Of a stretch of DNA of 32,000 nucleotides, positions 1 through 9,748 are shown piece after piece. The notes below the pieces were generated by a model. It had not been told where the DNA came from and did no database searches. It saw only the letters and a program-made list of their open reading frames with translations. Position numbers and translations under genes: made by a program. Position 1 is the first letter of the stretch; the number at the start of each line of letters is the position of its first letter. Source of the DNA: Telmatocola sphagniphila (GTDB lineage: Bacteria; Planctomycetota; Planctomycetia; Gemmatales; Gemmataceae); NCBI RefSeq assembly GCF_018398935.1, contig NZ_CP074694.1, positions 6,560,642 through 6,592,641 of the forward strand. Reading direction: 5' to 3'.

Positions 1-723
1 AGAGGCCGCCCCGATCAACTGGATGAAGAACAGGATCATGAACAGAACCAGGTGACCGGCCATCATGTTCGCAAAAAGTCGGATGGCGAGCACCGAGCCG
101 CGAACCAGAGCCCCAAAAATTTCCAGGCCGAAAAGGCCCCAGCCGAGAAACCAGCCGAACAACTTCATGGCTGGCCCGCCTTCGATATCCACGTGCGGTC
201 GGAAGGTCATCAAATAACCGTAGGGACCGTGGTTGGCTCGCATGCCACTGAAGTGGATGACTAGAAAGCTAATCAAAGCCAGGGCCGCACAGACGGCGAT
301 ATTACCAGTTACGCTCGGAATGAACGGGAACATCCCGAGCAGATTCATCATCAGAATGAACAGGAAGATGGTCCACAAAAACGGCAGGAATCGCTTGTAG
401 TCGTGTTCGCCTATCGCCGGGATGGCGACCTGATCGCGAACGAACAGAAGGATCGTTTCGAGGAAGTTCCACATCCGACCGCGAGGAACGGCACCCGTAT
501 GAATTTTCCTGGCGACGGGTACGAACAGAGCGATCAGGATCACGGCGGCCAGCGTCATCACCAGCATAAACTTGGGATGTTCGAACAGTCCCAATTTCAG
601 TTCGCCGATGTCGATGCCGAAATTATCGAATATGTGAAAGTGCGAGCTATCGGAAATATGACCGATCGGATCCGGATTGTGGGCGCCGTGTTCTACGGGT
701 ACGGGTTCAGAGTTGAAGAGCAT
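1..723 (-). CDS. atpB: F0F1 ATP synthase subunit a (partial; C-terminus lies beyond position 1)
   Basis: Minus-strand translation from the ATG (complement of 721-723) gives a multi-TM protein. At the window edge it reads ...GSVLAIRLFANMMAGHLVLFMILFFIQLIGAAS, which carries the conserved Arg-containing helix motif of subunit a (compare E. coli LSLRLFGNMYAGE). It is open to position 1, so it is absent from the supplied ORF track. Plus-strand ORFs 52-264 and 403-936 are antisense to it. Confidence 0.9.
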   Translation of the reverse strand, partial: MLFNSEPVPVEHGAHNPDPIGHISDSSHFHIFDNFGIDIGELKLGLFEHPKFMLVMTLAAVILIALFVPVARKIHTGAVPRGRMWNFLETILLFVRDQVAIPAIGEHDYKRFLPFLWTIFLFILMMNLLGMFPFIPSVTGNIAVCAALALISFLVIHFSGMRANHGPYGYLMTFRPHVDIEGGPAMKLFGWFLGWGLFGLEIFGALVRGSVLAIRLFANMMAGHLVLFMILFFIQLIGAAS

Positions 724-744
724 ATTTACGAGTCCGATTCCGTT

Positions 745-1131
745 TTATGCAGTTCCGAGTTTCCGAGTTTCTTTGAGTCCCAGCACCGTTTCCGCGATCA
801 ACGACAGAACATACAGGGAAATTCCCCAGGCCGCGAAGCCCGCACCATGTTCCCGAACTTCCGGAAACCAGTAGAAGGCCAGTATGCCGCCGCCCAGTGC
901 CGCTCCCATTCGGAGCAGCGTTCCCACCAGCATTAATACGAGAGTCAGTTCCGGGCCATCCTGCCGGTACCAGACTATCAAACCCAAGGATATGATTGCG
1001 GGAATCAAAACTATGATCGTTGCAATCGTCGGTACTTGCCAGGGATAGTTCCACATCCCCGTTAAACAAGCCGTGGAGGCCAGGAGTCCCGGCAGTCCAC
1101 CAATCAACGCCAGCCAGGCGATCGATCTCAT
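745..1131 (-). CDS. atpI: ATP synthase protein I-like small membrane protein
   Basis: Sits between the AtpZ-like ORF and atpB on the same strand. The start MRSIAWLALIGG... overlaps the upstream stop as ATGA (1128-1131). About 129 aa with four hydrophobic helices. The track's longer 745-1215 version begins in non-membrane-like sequence. Confidence 0.5.
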   Translation of the reverse strand: MRSIAWLALIGGLPGLLASTACLTGMWNYPWQVPTIATIIVLIPAIISLGLIVWYRQDGPELTLVLMLVGTLLRMGAALGGGILAFYWFPEVREHGAGFAAWGISLYVLSLIAETVLGLKETRKLGTA

Positions 1132-1334
1132 TTTTCTTTCGCTTGCTGGACCAGATACATCATGCAGCCAATGAATCCCAGAGCCAAGCCGCCTAACACA
1201 CCCCAAGGGCTCCAACCAAAGGCATAATCCAGGAAAACACCGACCAGGATTGGACCGGTTAGTGTACCGCTAGCCGTCGACAATTTCCCCAGTAGCCTCC
1301 CTGGGGAGTCCTCTGGTGGCTGTTTCTGATCCAT
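1128..1334 (-). CDS. AtpZ/AtpI-family small membrane protein (first gene of the atp operon)
   Basis: 68 aa with two TM helices (GPILVGVFLDYAFGWSPWGVLGGLALGFIGCMMY). Its position directly upstream of atpI/atpB is typical of the AtpZ family. Confidence 0.55.
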   Translation of the reverse strand: MDQKQPPEDSPGRLLGKLSTASGTLTGPILVGVFLDYAFGWSPWGVLGGLALGFIGCMMYLVQQAKEK

Positions 1335-1459
1335 CTTCGTTCAGAATAATTAGGAGTGACCGGGAACATTGGCAAGCACAAACTGCATCTTCTTAGATAT
1401 GGCGCGCTTTTCTCATATCTGGGAAGGTTCAGGAGTTCCGATGGAATCGATTGCTCCCA

Positions 1460-3415
1460 TTACGTCGTGGCGTCTTCCAGGTAGGTGTAGCCTTCCATCC
1501 CACTCTCGTAAAATCGCATGAATTGTCGCGATTCCTTGACGGAAATCTTCCCCTGCTTCAGCGCCCTTTCCACATCTTTTCGCATCCGCTCGATCAATTT
1601 TTCGGCCGAGTACTGCACGTAATGCAGCACTTCGCGAACCGTGTCGCCCTTGATGACTTCGTCGATGTTGACCTCGCCATTTTCCTCCAGGTAGACGTGC
1701 ACGGCATTGGTATCGCCAAGCAAATTGTGCAAATCGCCGAGGATTTCCTGATAAGCGCCAATCAGAAACGCCCCGAGATAATAGGGCTCGCCATCGGTCA
1801 GGGGATGCAAAGGCAGCGTGCCGGAGACATCGCGAAGATCGATGAACTGATCGATCTTACCGTCCGAATCGCAGGTGATATCTCCAAGCACCGCCCGGCG
1901 GCTCGGTGCTTCATTCAGACGATGGATCGGCATGACCGGGAATAGCTGCTTGATCGCCCAGCTATCGGGCATCGATTGGAATACGCTGAAATTGCAGAAG
2001 TAGGTATCGGAAAGCTGCACATCCAAACCTTGCAGATCTTCCGGGACGTGGTCCAGTTCCTTCACCAGTTTTTGCAGTTTCTTGCCGACGGCCCAGAAAA
2101 GCCGTTCCGCCATGGCCCGGAGTTCGATGCTCAGGTAGCCGAGTTGAAAGAGATTGAGTGTCTCCTCCATCGCCTGCTGAGCGTCGTGATAGCTTTCCAG
2201 AAAGTTCTTTTTGTTGATATCGCTGTAGATGCCATAGAGATCCTTGATCGGCTGCGGGGCATCGTCGGGAATTTCGCTGGGGGCCGTGCAGCGATCGAAG
2301 TTGGATGTACCCAGCACATCGAAGATCAGCACGCTATGGTAAGCCACCATTGCCCGGCCCGATTCGGAAATGATCGTCGGGTGAGGGATGCCGCTCTCAT
2401 CGCAGACGCTCTTGATGCGGAACACCACATCGTTGGCGTATTCTTGCAGAGTGTAATTGACGCTCGATTCAAAATCGGTCTGCGAGCCATCGTAGTCGAC
2501 CCCCAAGCCGCCGCCGACGTCCATGAATTTTAAACCGGCGCCGCAGCGATAGAGTTCAACGTAGACGCGCGCCGCTTCGTTCAGAGCGTCTTTCACCTTG
2601 CGAATGTTGGTGATCTGACTCCCCAGATGGAAGTGGGTCATCTGAAGGCAATCGGCCATGTCCCGTTCTTTGAGATAATCGAGCGCTTCCAGAACTTCGG
2701 TGATGGTGAGACCGAATTTGCTGCGATAACCCGCCGAAGATTTCCAGCGGCCACTGCCCCGGCTGGCGAGCTTGACGCGTACGCCAATGACCGGCCGAAC
2801 GTCCAGTTCCTGAGCGTGCCGTACAATCGATTCCAGCTCGGTGAATTTTTCGACGACCGGGATGATGTTCTTGCCAAGCTTGCGGGCCAGGATCACCATC
2901 TTGATGAATTCATCGTCCTTGAAGCCATTACAAATGATCGGCGTGTCCGAACCATTGGTAATCGCCAGCACGGCCAGCAATTCCGGCTTGGAACCGGCCT
3001 CCAGACCGAACTGGTAGGGTTTGCCGAAGTCGAGGATTTCTTCGACCACCTGTCGCTGCTGATTCACCTTGATGGGATAAACGCAGCAGTAGTCGCCCGA
3101 GTAGTCGTACTCCTTGATGGCGTTGGAAAAGGCCTTGGCCAGTTCCGCCACGCGATGTCGGAGAATATCGGTGAAGCGAAGCAGAATAGGAGTTTGAATA
3201 TCGCGATCGATCAACTGATCGACAAGTTGCTTCAAATCGATCGATTCATCGGTTCTTTTATTGGGATGCACGGTCACATGACCGGCTTTGTTGATTCCGA
3301 AGTAGCCTTTGCCCCAGCCTCGGACGGCATATGTATCGAGCGAATCGGCATTTTTCCACTGACGTATAGTTTCCGGGTCGTCGTGACGCTCCAGCGCTTT
3401 GGCCATCAAAGGCAC
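1460..3415 (-). CDS. speA: biosynthetic arginine decarboxylase
   Basis: 651-aa ORF. The N-terminus (...YAVRGWGKGYFGINKAGHVTVHP...), the PLP-fold barrel motifs (YPIKVNQQRQVVEEI, HFHLGSQI) and the C-terminal ...LGDITCDSDGKID... match the SpeA family architecture. Confidence 0.92.
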   Translation of the reverse strand: MPLMAKALERHDDPETIRQWKNADSLDTYAVRGWGKGYFGINKAGHVTVHPNKRTDESIDLKQLVDQLIDRDIQTPILLRFTDILRHRVAELAKAFSNAIKEYDYSGDYCCVYPIKVNQQRQVVEEILDFGKPYQFGLEAGSKPELLAVLAITNGSDTPIICNGFKDDEFIKMVILARKLGKNIIPVVEKFTELESIVRHAQELDVRPVIGVRVKLASRGSGRWKSSAGYRSKFGLTITEVLEALDYLKERDMADCLQMTHFHLGSQITNIRKVKDALNEAARVYVELYRCGAGLKFMDVGGGLGVDYDGSQTDFESSVNYTLQEYANDVVFRIKSVCDESGIPHPTIISESGRAMVAYHSVLIFDVLGTSNFDRCTAPSEIPDDAPQPIKDLYGIYSDINKKNFLESYHDAQQAMEETLNLFQLGYLSIELRAMAERLFWAVGKKLQKLVKELDHVPEDLQGLDVQLSDTYFCNFSVFQSMPDSWAIKQLFPVMPIHRLNEAPSRRAVLGDITCDSDGKIDQFIDLRDVSGTLPLHPLTDGEPYYLGAFLIGAYQEILGDLHNLLGDTNAVHVYLEENGEVNIDEVIKGDTVREVLHYVQYSAEKLIERMRKDVERALKQGKISVKESRQFMRFYESGMEGYTYLEDATT

Positions 3416-3581
3416 CCTCTTAAATTTGCAACGAAATCATTAATCGAATCAATTATAGTACTGCCTTCAGACAGACAAGAAAGTGAAATCAGGATGAGGG
3501 CGCGGATTTTTCTTCCCGAACAGCGGGAATGGATAGTTTGCGAAAATCATCCGGCGGGCCGTACGATTCGAAAATGCTCGC

Positions 3582-4097
3582 TTACAACTTCGCGTTCTGG
3601 TGCGCGGTCAGCTCTTCGAAGGCCGAACTCGCCTGCAACCAATCCTCGCGAGTTAAATTTTGAATTGCACTCGGAGAATAACGGACGGCCTCCCCGGGTA
3701 ACAGAATTGGTTTCAAGTTCATTTCGGGATGTAGGGAGCTTAGCCGTTCCAGTATTTCCGAAGCGCTCAGGGTCGCGCTGGGGATTGCAAATTGCTCGCT
3801 CAAGTATACTCGGCAGAGTCTATCGAGTTCCAGCCAATCTGAAATTTGCGGATCGGTCACTTGCAGGATTCGCCGTTTACGGCTTTCAAAATCTTCCCGG
3901 GCGGACTGGCGGGATCGGAGTTGGATCTTTCTCCAGCGGGCGCGCACTAGAAAAACGGTAATCAAGATTACTACCAGTCCCAGAGCCAAAAAACGCAGAA
4001 TTTCCCAATCGGATAACCCGCTTTCCGCCCTCTCAACGGTCGATACCCGTTCGATCCCGGTGACCGGCCGCAGGCTTTCAATGCCCTGGTAGATCAT
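3582..4097 (-). CDS. single-pass membrane protein, DUF4381-like (Bat/MoxR-cluster accessory)
   Basis: 171 aa with one TM (ILRFLALGLVVILITVFLV) followed by a basic stretch. Its start overlaps the stop of the upstream DUF58 gene (4094-4097). The family assignment rests on context and overall shape only. Confidence 0.4.
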   Translation of the reverse strand: MIYQGIESLRPVTGIERVSTVERAESGLSDWEILRFLALGLVVILITVFLVRARWRKIQLRSRQSAREDFESRKRRILQVTDPQISDWLELDRLCRVYLSEQFAIPSATLSASEILERLSSLHPEMNLKPILLPGEAVRYSPSAIQNLTREDWLQASSAFEELTAHQNAKL

Positions 4098-4981
4098 GAG
4101 CGAACTCCGGGGTGGGCCGCCCGCCGTTCGAAGAAGCGGATCAAGGCTTCGAGATGGCCGCCGACAGTGGAGACCTCCAGCGAATCGATTCTAGCAGCTG
4201 CCAGTGTCCGTTCGAATTCCCGTCGGCGTTTTTGCACCTGTTCCTGAAAATTTTGCGGAAAGGATTTCTGATTCGTGTCAATGAGACGGATCTGCCCCGT
4301 TTCGGCATCCCGAAGCCGGATTAACCCACTCCGAGGTACTTCTATCTCCGCCGGATCAGTGACCTTCAGAGCGAAAGTTTCGTGACGGCGGGCCATCTGA
4401 CGGAGTGAATTTTCATAGTCTTCCGCCAGAAAATCACTCATCAGAAATACGACGGCCTTACGCAGCTTCAGCTTGTTCACGAAGTCCAATGCAGCCGTCA
4501 GATTGGTTCGTGGGTCGCTCGGCTCGGTCAAGAGGATATCGCTGAGTAAGCGGGGGATATTCATGCGGGCTTTGCCCGGTGGCAGATACCGCTCCACCTT
4601 GCCGGCGAACAAGAGTAGCCCCACTCGATCCCGATTTTCGACCGCGCTCAATGCCAATAACGCGGCCATTTCCGCCAGAATTTGCTGCTTGGTGTTGATC
4701 TCGGTGGAAAAATTCAGGCTGCCGGAGATGTCGATCATCAACAGGATGGTGCGTTGCCGTTCTTCGGAAAAGGTTTTGATGAACGGGGCATTCAGGCGAG
4801 CAGTGACGTTCCAATCGATCGAGCGAATGTCATCGCCCGGCTGATACTCGCGGACTTCCTCGAAAGTCAGCCCGCTGCCTTTGAAAAGAGTGTGATAGTT
4901 ACCTAAAAGAGAGGCCTGCATCTTTCGACGAACTCGCAGGTGCAGTCGTCGAATCAATAGATGCAGGTCCGCGGGAAGCAT
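4094..4981 (-). CDS. DUF58 domain protein (vWA-like, MoxR-associated family)
   Basis: 295 aa. Contains the characteristic YQPGDDIRSIDWNVTARL motif, followed by a vWA-like LLMIDISGSL segment. Confidence 0.8.
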   Translation of the reverse strand: MLPADLHLLIRRLHLRVRRKMQASLLGNYHTLFKGSGLTFEEVREYQPGDDIRSIDWNVTARLNAPFIKTFSEERQRTILLMIDISGSLNFSTEINTKQQILAEMAALLALSAVENRDRVGLLLFAGKVERYLPPGKARMNIPRLLSDILLTEPSDPRTNLTAALDFVNKLKLRKAVVFLMSDFLAEDYENSLRQMARRHETFALKVTDPAEIEVPRSGLIRLRDAETGQIRLIDTNQKSFPQNFQEQVQKRRREFERTLAAARIDSLEVSTVGGHLEALIRFFERRAAHPGVRS

Positions 4982-4986
4982 CCGAA

Positions 4987-7900
4987 CTATTCTCCGGAAT
5001 GGACGATTTCAAACTCACCCACCGAACTAGCCGGCTTCTTCACTTCGATTCGCAGATCGCCCGGATTTCCGGCCGGGAGAGTGGTGCGAACCGAGATCTT
5101 GTGCCGTCCTTTTTCCAGCTTGGATTCCAACTTGAAGGAAGACGTGCCTTTGCCAACTTCTTCTTCGTCAATCCAGATACTGATCGGATTCTTGGAATCG
5201 ATGAGGAATGCAATCTGGCCCGAGACTTTCACTTCGATCTCCCCTTGCAGGTAGACCACACTCTGGCCGGCTTTCTTCAGTTCTGTCAGAGGCAGGCTGC
5301 CGCTGGTCTGAGAGTAGACATTCTCCCAAATTTCCGGTTTGCCACCGATGAAGATCTCTCGGACCTGTTCGCGATTGGGCACGCTGTCCTTGATTTCCGC
5401 CGGAACCGATTTCAGGAGTTTCCAGCGCTGAATCGTGGTTTCCTTGCGGATGGCGTAAGGACCGGCCTTGCCCAGTTCGCTGACGAACCGCATCAGGTCG
5501 AGCAGTTCGCCCTTGGTCAGAATTCGGGTGATGCCTTCGGGCATCAGCGACTTACCGGTCTTTTCTTCTTCGATGTCCGAAACGGGAATCTTGGTGAGCT
5601 TACCGGTCGCATCCTTCAACACCACCAGGTTTTTGTTTCGCTCGACCACGATCCCGGTAATCGTCACACCCGAAGAAGTCGTGATACTCTTCGTCAGGTA
5701 TTCTTCCTTGATCTTGGCACTGGGGTTGAGAATCGACTCGACCACATAATCGACCGGCGAAGACCCGCCGATTGCACAGAGATCGGGACCAATGTTGCCG
5801 CCGGCTTTGTTCACCGCGTGACACTTCATGCAGCCCAGGTCCATCCGGCGGAAAACCGCTTCGCCCCGTTTGGCATCGCCCTGGGCGATCACTTCTTCGG
5901 TCAGTCGCTTGATTTCCGCATCGGTCGGCAGCTTCGGAGAAGCCTCCAACCCGGCGAACTTGCTGACGACGGCCGAAAGCTTCGGATCGTCCTTACCGGC
6001 CAAGTACATGGCCCGCAGAATTCGCTTGGCCCCATCCGCATCGATCTTTTGTTTTTCCAGAGCAGCGGCCAAAGCATCGGTGCCGCCCTTACGCAGAATA
6101 AACGCTTCTACCACAGGAGCCGGATCATCCGATTCCTTGGCGAGGGCCAGAGCCGAGGCTGCGGCATTAGCACCGGCGGTCAGGTCGAACTGAGCCAGAG
6201 CCGTCGCGGCCTTAAAGCGGATCGACAGCGGATTTTCTGCAGCCGTCAGCTTCTTCAGCGTTTCCGCATCTTTGAAGCTGGCCAACGCATCGAGAGCATT
6301 TTGACGCAGCGATAGGCTGGCCTTGCTGTCGGTCGCCACCTTCTCGATTTCCGGGGTTGCGGATTTGGTCTTCCAGGCGGCGGCCAGTCGGATCGCTTCC
6401 GCAATCAATTCGGGATGACTGCCCGAGAGCAGTTTCACCACAGAGGCATCTTCCACGCTAGGCAAAACCAGTCGGGAAGTGGCCGCTTCACTCAACCAGC
6501 CCAGAACTTTCTTCTGCAAGGTCGGTGGATAGCTGTCGAATTTATCCCAAATGCTCTTCAATTCCGCCTTGGTGCCGTGCTTGCAGATAGTTTCGATCAA
6601 CGCCGGTTTGCGCTCGTCCGGAATCGAACCCTTATTCAGCATCGCCACCAGCCCGGCGGCAATATTCTTCTGATCGATTTTGCCGGTGCCCAAACGTCGT
6701 TCGAGTGTCACCAGCGTTTCGTTGAATACGTAATTCAAACCTTCATCCAACGGCTGAGACAAAAGTTCGAGAGCCGCCGAGAGGGCTTCTTCTCCACGGA
6801 AGAAGCTAAGAGCCCGAATGGCTTCCAGTCGTACGCGCGGGCTGGAATCGTTGATTTGAATTCGCAGCAGTTCAATCGGCTTCTTTACATGATCGCGCAT
6901 GTAGCAGAGCACGCGGGTGGCCGCGGCCCGCGCCTTTTCTTCGGGAGCCCGCAACTCGCGAAGCAGAAGTTGCTCGTTCAGCACGTTGTGAGACTGGTGC
7001 AGCCAGAGAGCTTCCAGCATATTGTGTTCGTAGTTCGGGTCGTCGCTCTTGAGATTGTTAACCCAGACGTTCAAAGCCGCCACCACTTCCGCCGTCGGCT
7101 TCGAAGTCAGTTCAACGCGAGCGCGATAGCGAACTCTATCGTTGTTATCCTTCAGCAGTTCGAGGAGCTTTTCCGTCGATTCGCCTGCAATCTTCACCGG
7201 TTTTTCGAGTGGACGGCCTTCGTAGGTCACCCGGTAGACCCGGCCGTGCAGGTGGTCGCGGCTCGGGTCACGAAGGTTATGTTGCATGTGGCCGATGATC
7301 GGGTTCTGCCAATCCGAAATGTAAATGGCTCCGTCCGGGCCAACTTTCAAGTCGGAGGGGCGGAAGTTTGGATCGCTCGAGTATACGATCGGTTCCTGTT
7401 CGATCCCCTTGATCTCGGAACCTTGATCGTTCAGTTTATAACGGAGAATCCCCTGGAAACCGATCACATTACCGACCAGCAGGTTGCCCTGCATTTCCTC
7501 GGGGAAATTACTGCTGGAGAGAATTTCCATACCCGGGCAGGGGCGAGTACGCTGCCGGTAAACCGTCGGCGTGTTGTTGTGCTTGTTATTGCCATCGACC
7601 TGACCGCTGAACAACGCGGCTTGATAGGGAACCGAACCGGTGCCGTCGATGACAATATCCTGGCCCCAGCGGTCGAAAATGTGGCCGTGCGGATTCGCGA
7701 AGGGATACGCGACATAGACTTCCAGCGATTGCGTGCGCGGCACGTAACGGTAGACCCCGGCATTCGCGTTGCGAACGCTCGGCGTGTAAGGCGTTTCGAT
7801 TTGAGAATGGTGGAAGGTCCCTTCCTGGAAGTAGATCGCCCCACCCGGATCCAGCACGAAGCTATTCGCGGCATGGTGCGTGTCGGCACTGTCGATACCG

Positions 7901-9348
7901 CTGATAACGGTTTCGCGATAATCGGCTTTGCCCGATCCCTTGGTGTCTTTCAGGAAGACGATATTCGGTTGCTGGGCCACCAGGATGCCGCCGTTCCAGA
8001 ATTCGAATCCGGTCGGGCAATGCAGGCCATCGGCAAAGACGGTGCACTTATCGGCCACACCCGTACCTTTGGTGTCTTCCAGAATCAGGATCTTGTCGTT
8101 CATCTGATCTTTTGGCTTCCAGTGCGGGTAGGAATTCCAGGTGGCTACCCACAACCGGCCCTGGGTGTCCCAGGTCATTTGCACCGGTTTAATCAGATCC
8201 GGGAACATCTTCTCATCGGCGAAGAGGTTCACCTTCATGCCTTTGCCAACCGTCATCTTGGAGATGGCTTCTTTGCCATCGAGGAACTGGTGCAGGCCGC
8301 CCGCTAAGGGGCCCGGCTTGTTGGTTTGAACCGGAATGAAATCCTTGGTTTTCGAATCGTCGATGGTGTAGTTTTCACCTTTGCAAACGGCCCAGATCTT
8401 GTGATCGCGCAGTTCGCACATTTCATCGAGAATTTCCATTTCGCGCTGGGCGACGACGCGGTTGGTCTGGCCGCCGACGAATTTCAGGTCGGCCCGGCCG
8501 CCGTAGACCGAGTAGCCATCAACCGTGCGGTAACGCATGAACCAGTGGAAGTTGAGATCTTTTACCGCCGTGCGAATCTCTTCAAATTTGGGGCTCGGAG
8601 GTGTCGGCCCGAACAGGCTAGTATCGATGATCTTGGCCAGTTCGGCATTGCCGTGATCGTTCAGATGGACGCCGTTGATGGTCCAGGGGCGGGTAGCGGC
8701 GGGATAGGCGTTCAAGGTCGGGTGGAACAGGTCGACGAATACGACCTTATTGGCCTTGGCCACATCGGCCATCGCCTGCGTGTACAGACTCAACCGGCGG
8801 TTATGTTCTTTGCCGTCTGGTAGGTTGGTGCTGTGCAGATTTTCGAAGGCAATGGGGGAGAAGAGAACGATTCGTTGGATTTGTTTGTAAGGGCCTTTGC
8901 TTGCAGAGCGGCCACCGGTGCTCGCTTGCACGCCGAAGGGTTTGCCTTCGCGGGTGGCGACAACCCACTCCGTCAGGTCCTTTTTGAATTTTTCGAGCCC
9001 GGCGGTATCGCCGTAGGATTCGTTGTAGCCGAAGAAGGCGAAGATCACGTTGGCGCCTACTTTTTCCTGCCATTGGGCCGGTTCGCCGAACGCGGCGGAG
9101 CGGAAGCGGATCGTGAGTTCATCGCCGCTGTAGCCGAGGTTGCGGATGGTCAGGTCGTGTTTGGGGAAGCGGGAGTGCAGGTAGGTTTCGAGGTAACCTT
9201 CGTGCTGCATCCGGTCGGGCAGGGTATTGCCGACGAGGGCGATGTGGTCTTTGGGTTGGAGTTCGAGTTTTTCCTGGGTGTAGCCTTGGGAATTGATGCA
9301 AAGTAGCATCGCCAGTAGGAGTACTGGCCGGAAGGAGAGAAAACGCAT
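4987..9348 (-). CDS. secreted multidomain protein: SGNH/GDSL hydrolase-like N-terminus, PVC-type heme-binding CxxCH (membrane-bound dehydrogenase-like beta-propeller) region, HEAT repeats and a cytochrome c domain
   Basis: 1453 aa. Signal peptide MRFLSFRPVLLLAMLLCINSQG; GDSL-like IALVGNTLPDR...GYSGDE; HEAT-like repeats (DNNDRVRYRARVEL, SPRVRLEAIRAL); heme motif CMKCH followed by ...GPDL... The domain order is typical of planctomycete/verrucomicrobial proteins. Confidence 0.85.
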   Translation of the reverse strand: MRFLSFRPVLLLAMLLCINSQGYTQEKLELQPKDHIALVGNTLPDRMQHEGYLETYLHSRFPKHDLTIRNLGYSGDELTIRFRSAAFGEPAQWQEKVGANVIFAFFGYNESYGDTAGLEKFKKDLTEWVVATREGKPFGVQASTGGRSASKGPYKQIQRIVLFSPIAFENLHSTNLPDGKEHNRRLSLYTQAMADVAKANKVVFVDLFHPTLNAYPAATRPWTINGVHLNDHGNAELAKIIDTSLFGPTPPSPKFEEIRTAVKDLNFHWFMRYRTVDGYSVYGGRADLKFVGGQTNRVVAQREMEILDEMCELRDHKIWAVCKGENYTIDDSKTKDFIPVQTNKPGPLAGGLHQFLDGKEAISKMTVGKGMKVNLFADEKMFPDLIKPVQMTWDTQGRLWVATWNSYPHWKPKDQMNDKILILEDTKGTGVADKCTVFADGLHCPTGFEFWNGGILVAQQPNIVFLKDTKGSGKADYRETVISGIDSADTHHAANSFVLDPGGAIYFQEGTFHHSQIETPYTPSVRNANAGVYRYVPRTQSLEVYVAYPFANPHGHIFDRWGQDIVIDGTGSVPYQAALFSGQVDGNNKHNNTPTVYRQRTRPCPGMEILSSSNFPEEMQGNLLVGNVIGFQGILRYKLNDQGSEIKGIEQEPIVYSSDPNFRPSDLKVGPDGAIYISDWQNPIIGHMQHNLRDPSRDHLHGRVYRVTYEGRPLEKPVKIAGESTEKLLELLKDNNDRVRYRARVELTSKPTAEVVAALNVWVNNLKSDDPNYEHNMLEALWLHQSHNVLNEQLLLRELRAPEEKARAAATRVLCYMRDHVKKPIELLRIQINDSSPRVRLEAIRALSFFRGEEALSAALELLSQPLDEGLNYVFNETLVTLERRLGTGKIDQKNIAAGLVAMLNKGSIPDERKPALIETICKHGTKAELKSIWDKFDSYPPTLQKKVLGWLSEAATSRLVLPSVEDASVVKLLSGSHPELIAEAIRLAAAWKTKSATPEIEKVATDSKASLSLRQNALDALASFKDAETLKKLTAAENPLSIRFKAATALAQFDLTAGANAAASALALAKESDDPAPVVEAFILRKGGTDALAAALEKQKIDADGAKRILRAMYLAGKDDPKLSAVVSKFAGLEASPKLPTDAEIKRLTEEVIAQGDAKRGEAVFRRMDLGCMKCHAVNKAGGNIGPDLCAIGGSSPVDYVVESILNPSAKIKEEYLTKSITTSSGVTITGIVVERNKNLVVLKDATGKLTKIPVSDIEEEKTGKSLMPEGITRILTKGELLDLMRFVSELGKAGPYAIRKETTIQRWKLLKSVPAEIKDSVPNREQVREIFIGGKPEIWENVYSQTSGSLPLTELKKAGQSVVYLQGEIEVKVSGQIAFLIDSKNPISIWIDEEEVGKGTSSFKLESKLEKGRHKISVRTTLPAGNPGDLRIEVKKPASSVGEFEIVHSGE

Positions 9349-9623
9349 TTCGGGACCTCAAAGTGTCGAACGATCAAGGCAGGTACTATTTCTTTTAGCC
9401 TAATCGCGCGGGTTTGTCCAAGTACTTTATTTTAGGGCCGCTATCATTCGGACAGGCAAATTTTCAAACGATTGGGAAAATGAGCGAACCAAAAAAAATG
9501 GGCGATCTCTGCTAAAGGAGTGGGGTAGAACTCATGGACGGGGAAGAAATTGCCGATAAGCTAGAACGAGCTATCAAAATCCTCGGAAAACACGCATTTT
9601 CCAAGGATCGAAAATGGCTGAGT

Positions 9624-9670
9624 ACATTTTGCAAAACCGTCACTCCCCGGTTCGAATCCGGGCGAGGCCT
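9624..9670 (+). other. tRNA-Cys(GCA)-like 3' half (anticodon loop to discriminator); putative phage attachment-site core
   Basis: Layout: 9629-9635 TTGCAAA (anticodon-loop-like, GCA); 9636-9640 ACCGT; 9641-9645 variable loop; 9646-9662 CCCGG-TTCGAAT-CCGGG T-arm; 9663-9669 CGAGGCC acceptor 3' strand; T9670 discriminator (U73 is a Cys identity element). The partner strands GGCCTCG and ACGGT are not present upstream, so I cannot fold a complete cloverleaf. Confidence 0.6.
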
Positions 9671-9748
9671 CTCGTTCTAACCTGTTGCCGTAAGCCCCTT
9701 TATGGCTTAACCTCTCCCATCGAGAGTGCGGCGGTTTCTGGCTGAATT

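Noticed and set aside
1395-1420. Inverted repeat AGATATG-(12 nt)-CATATCT downstream of speA, considered as an intrinsic terminator.
   Set aside because: The stem is AT-rich with a 12-nt loop, and neither strand has a U-tract. This is not convincing.
9522-9670. Possible tmRNA (ssrA) as the integration target: GGGGTAGAACTCATGGACGGGG at 9522 resembles a tmRNA 5' end, and a T-arm/acceptor sits at 9646-9669.
   Set aside because: The span is only about 150 nt. GGGGTAG cannot pair with CGAGGCC. There is no G3:U70 alanine identity pair and no recognisable tag-peptide reading frame.
9597-9670. A complete 74-nt tRNA-Cys gene.
   Set aside because: The 5' region (ATTTTCCAAGGATCGAAAATGGCTGAGTACATT) cannot form the acceptor stem or the anticodon stem (only 3 of 5 pairs), and no D-arm can be drawn. 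I report it as a 3' fragment only.
9534-9680. 48-codon ORF (MDGEEIADKLERAIKILGKH...) with an AAAGGAG RBS, overlapping the tRNA-like fragment.
   Set aside because: It is short. Its C-terminal third is simply the tRNA-like sequence read as codons. It could be a remnant, so I mention it only as context for the att finding.
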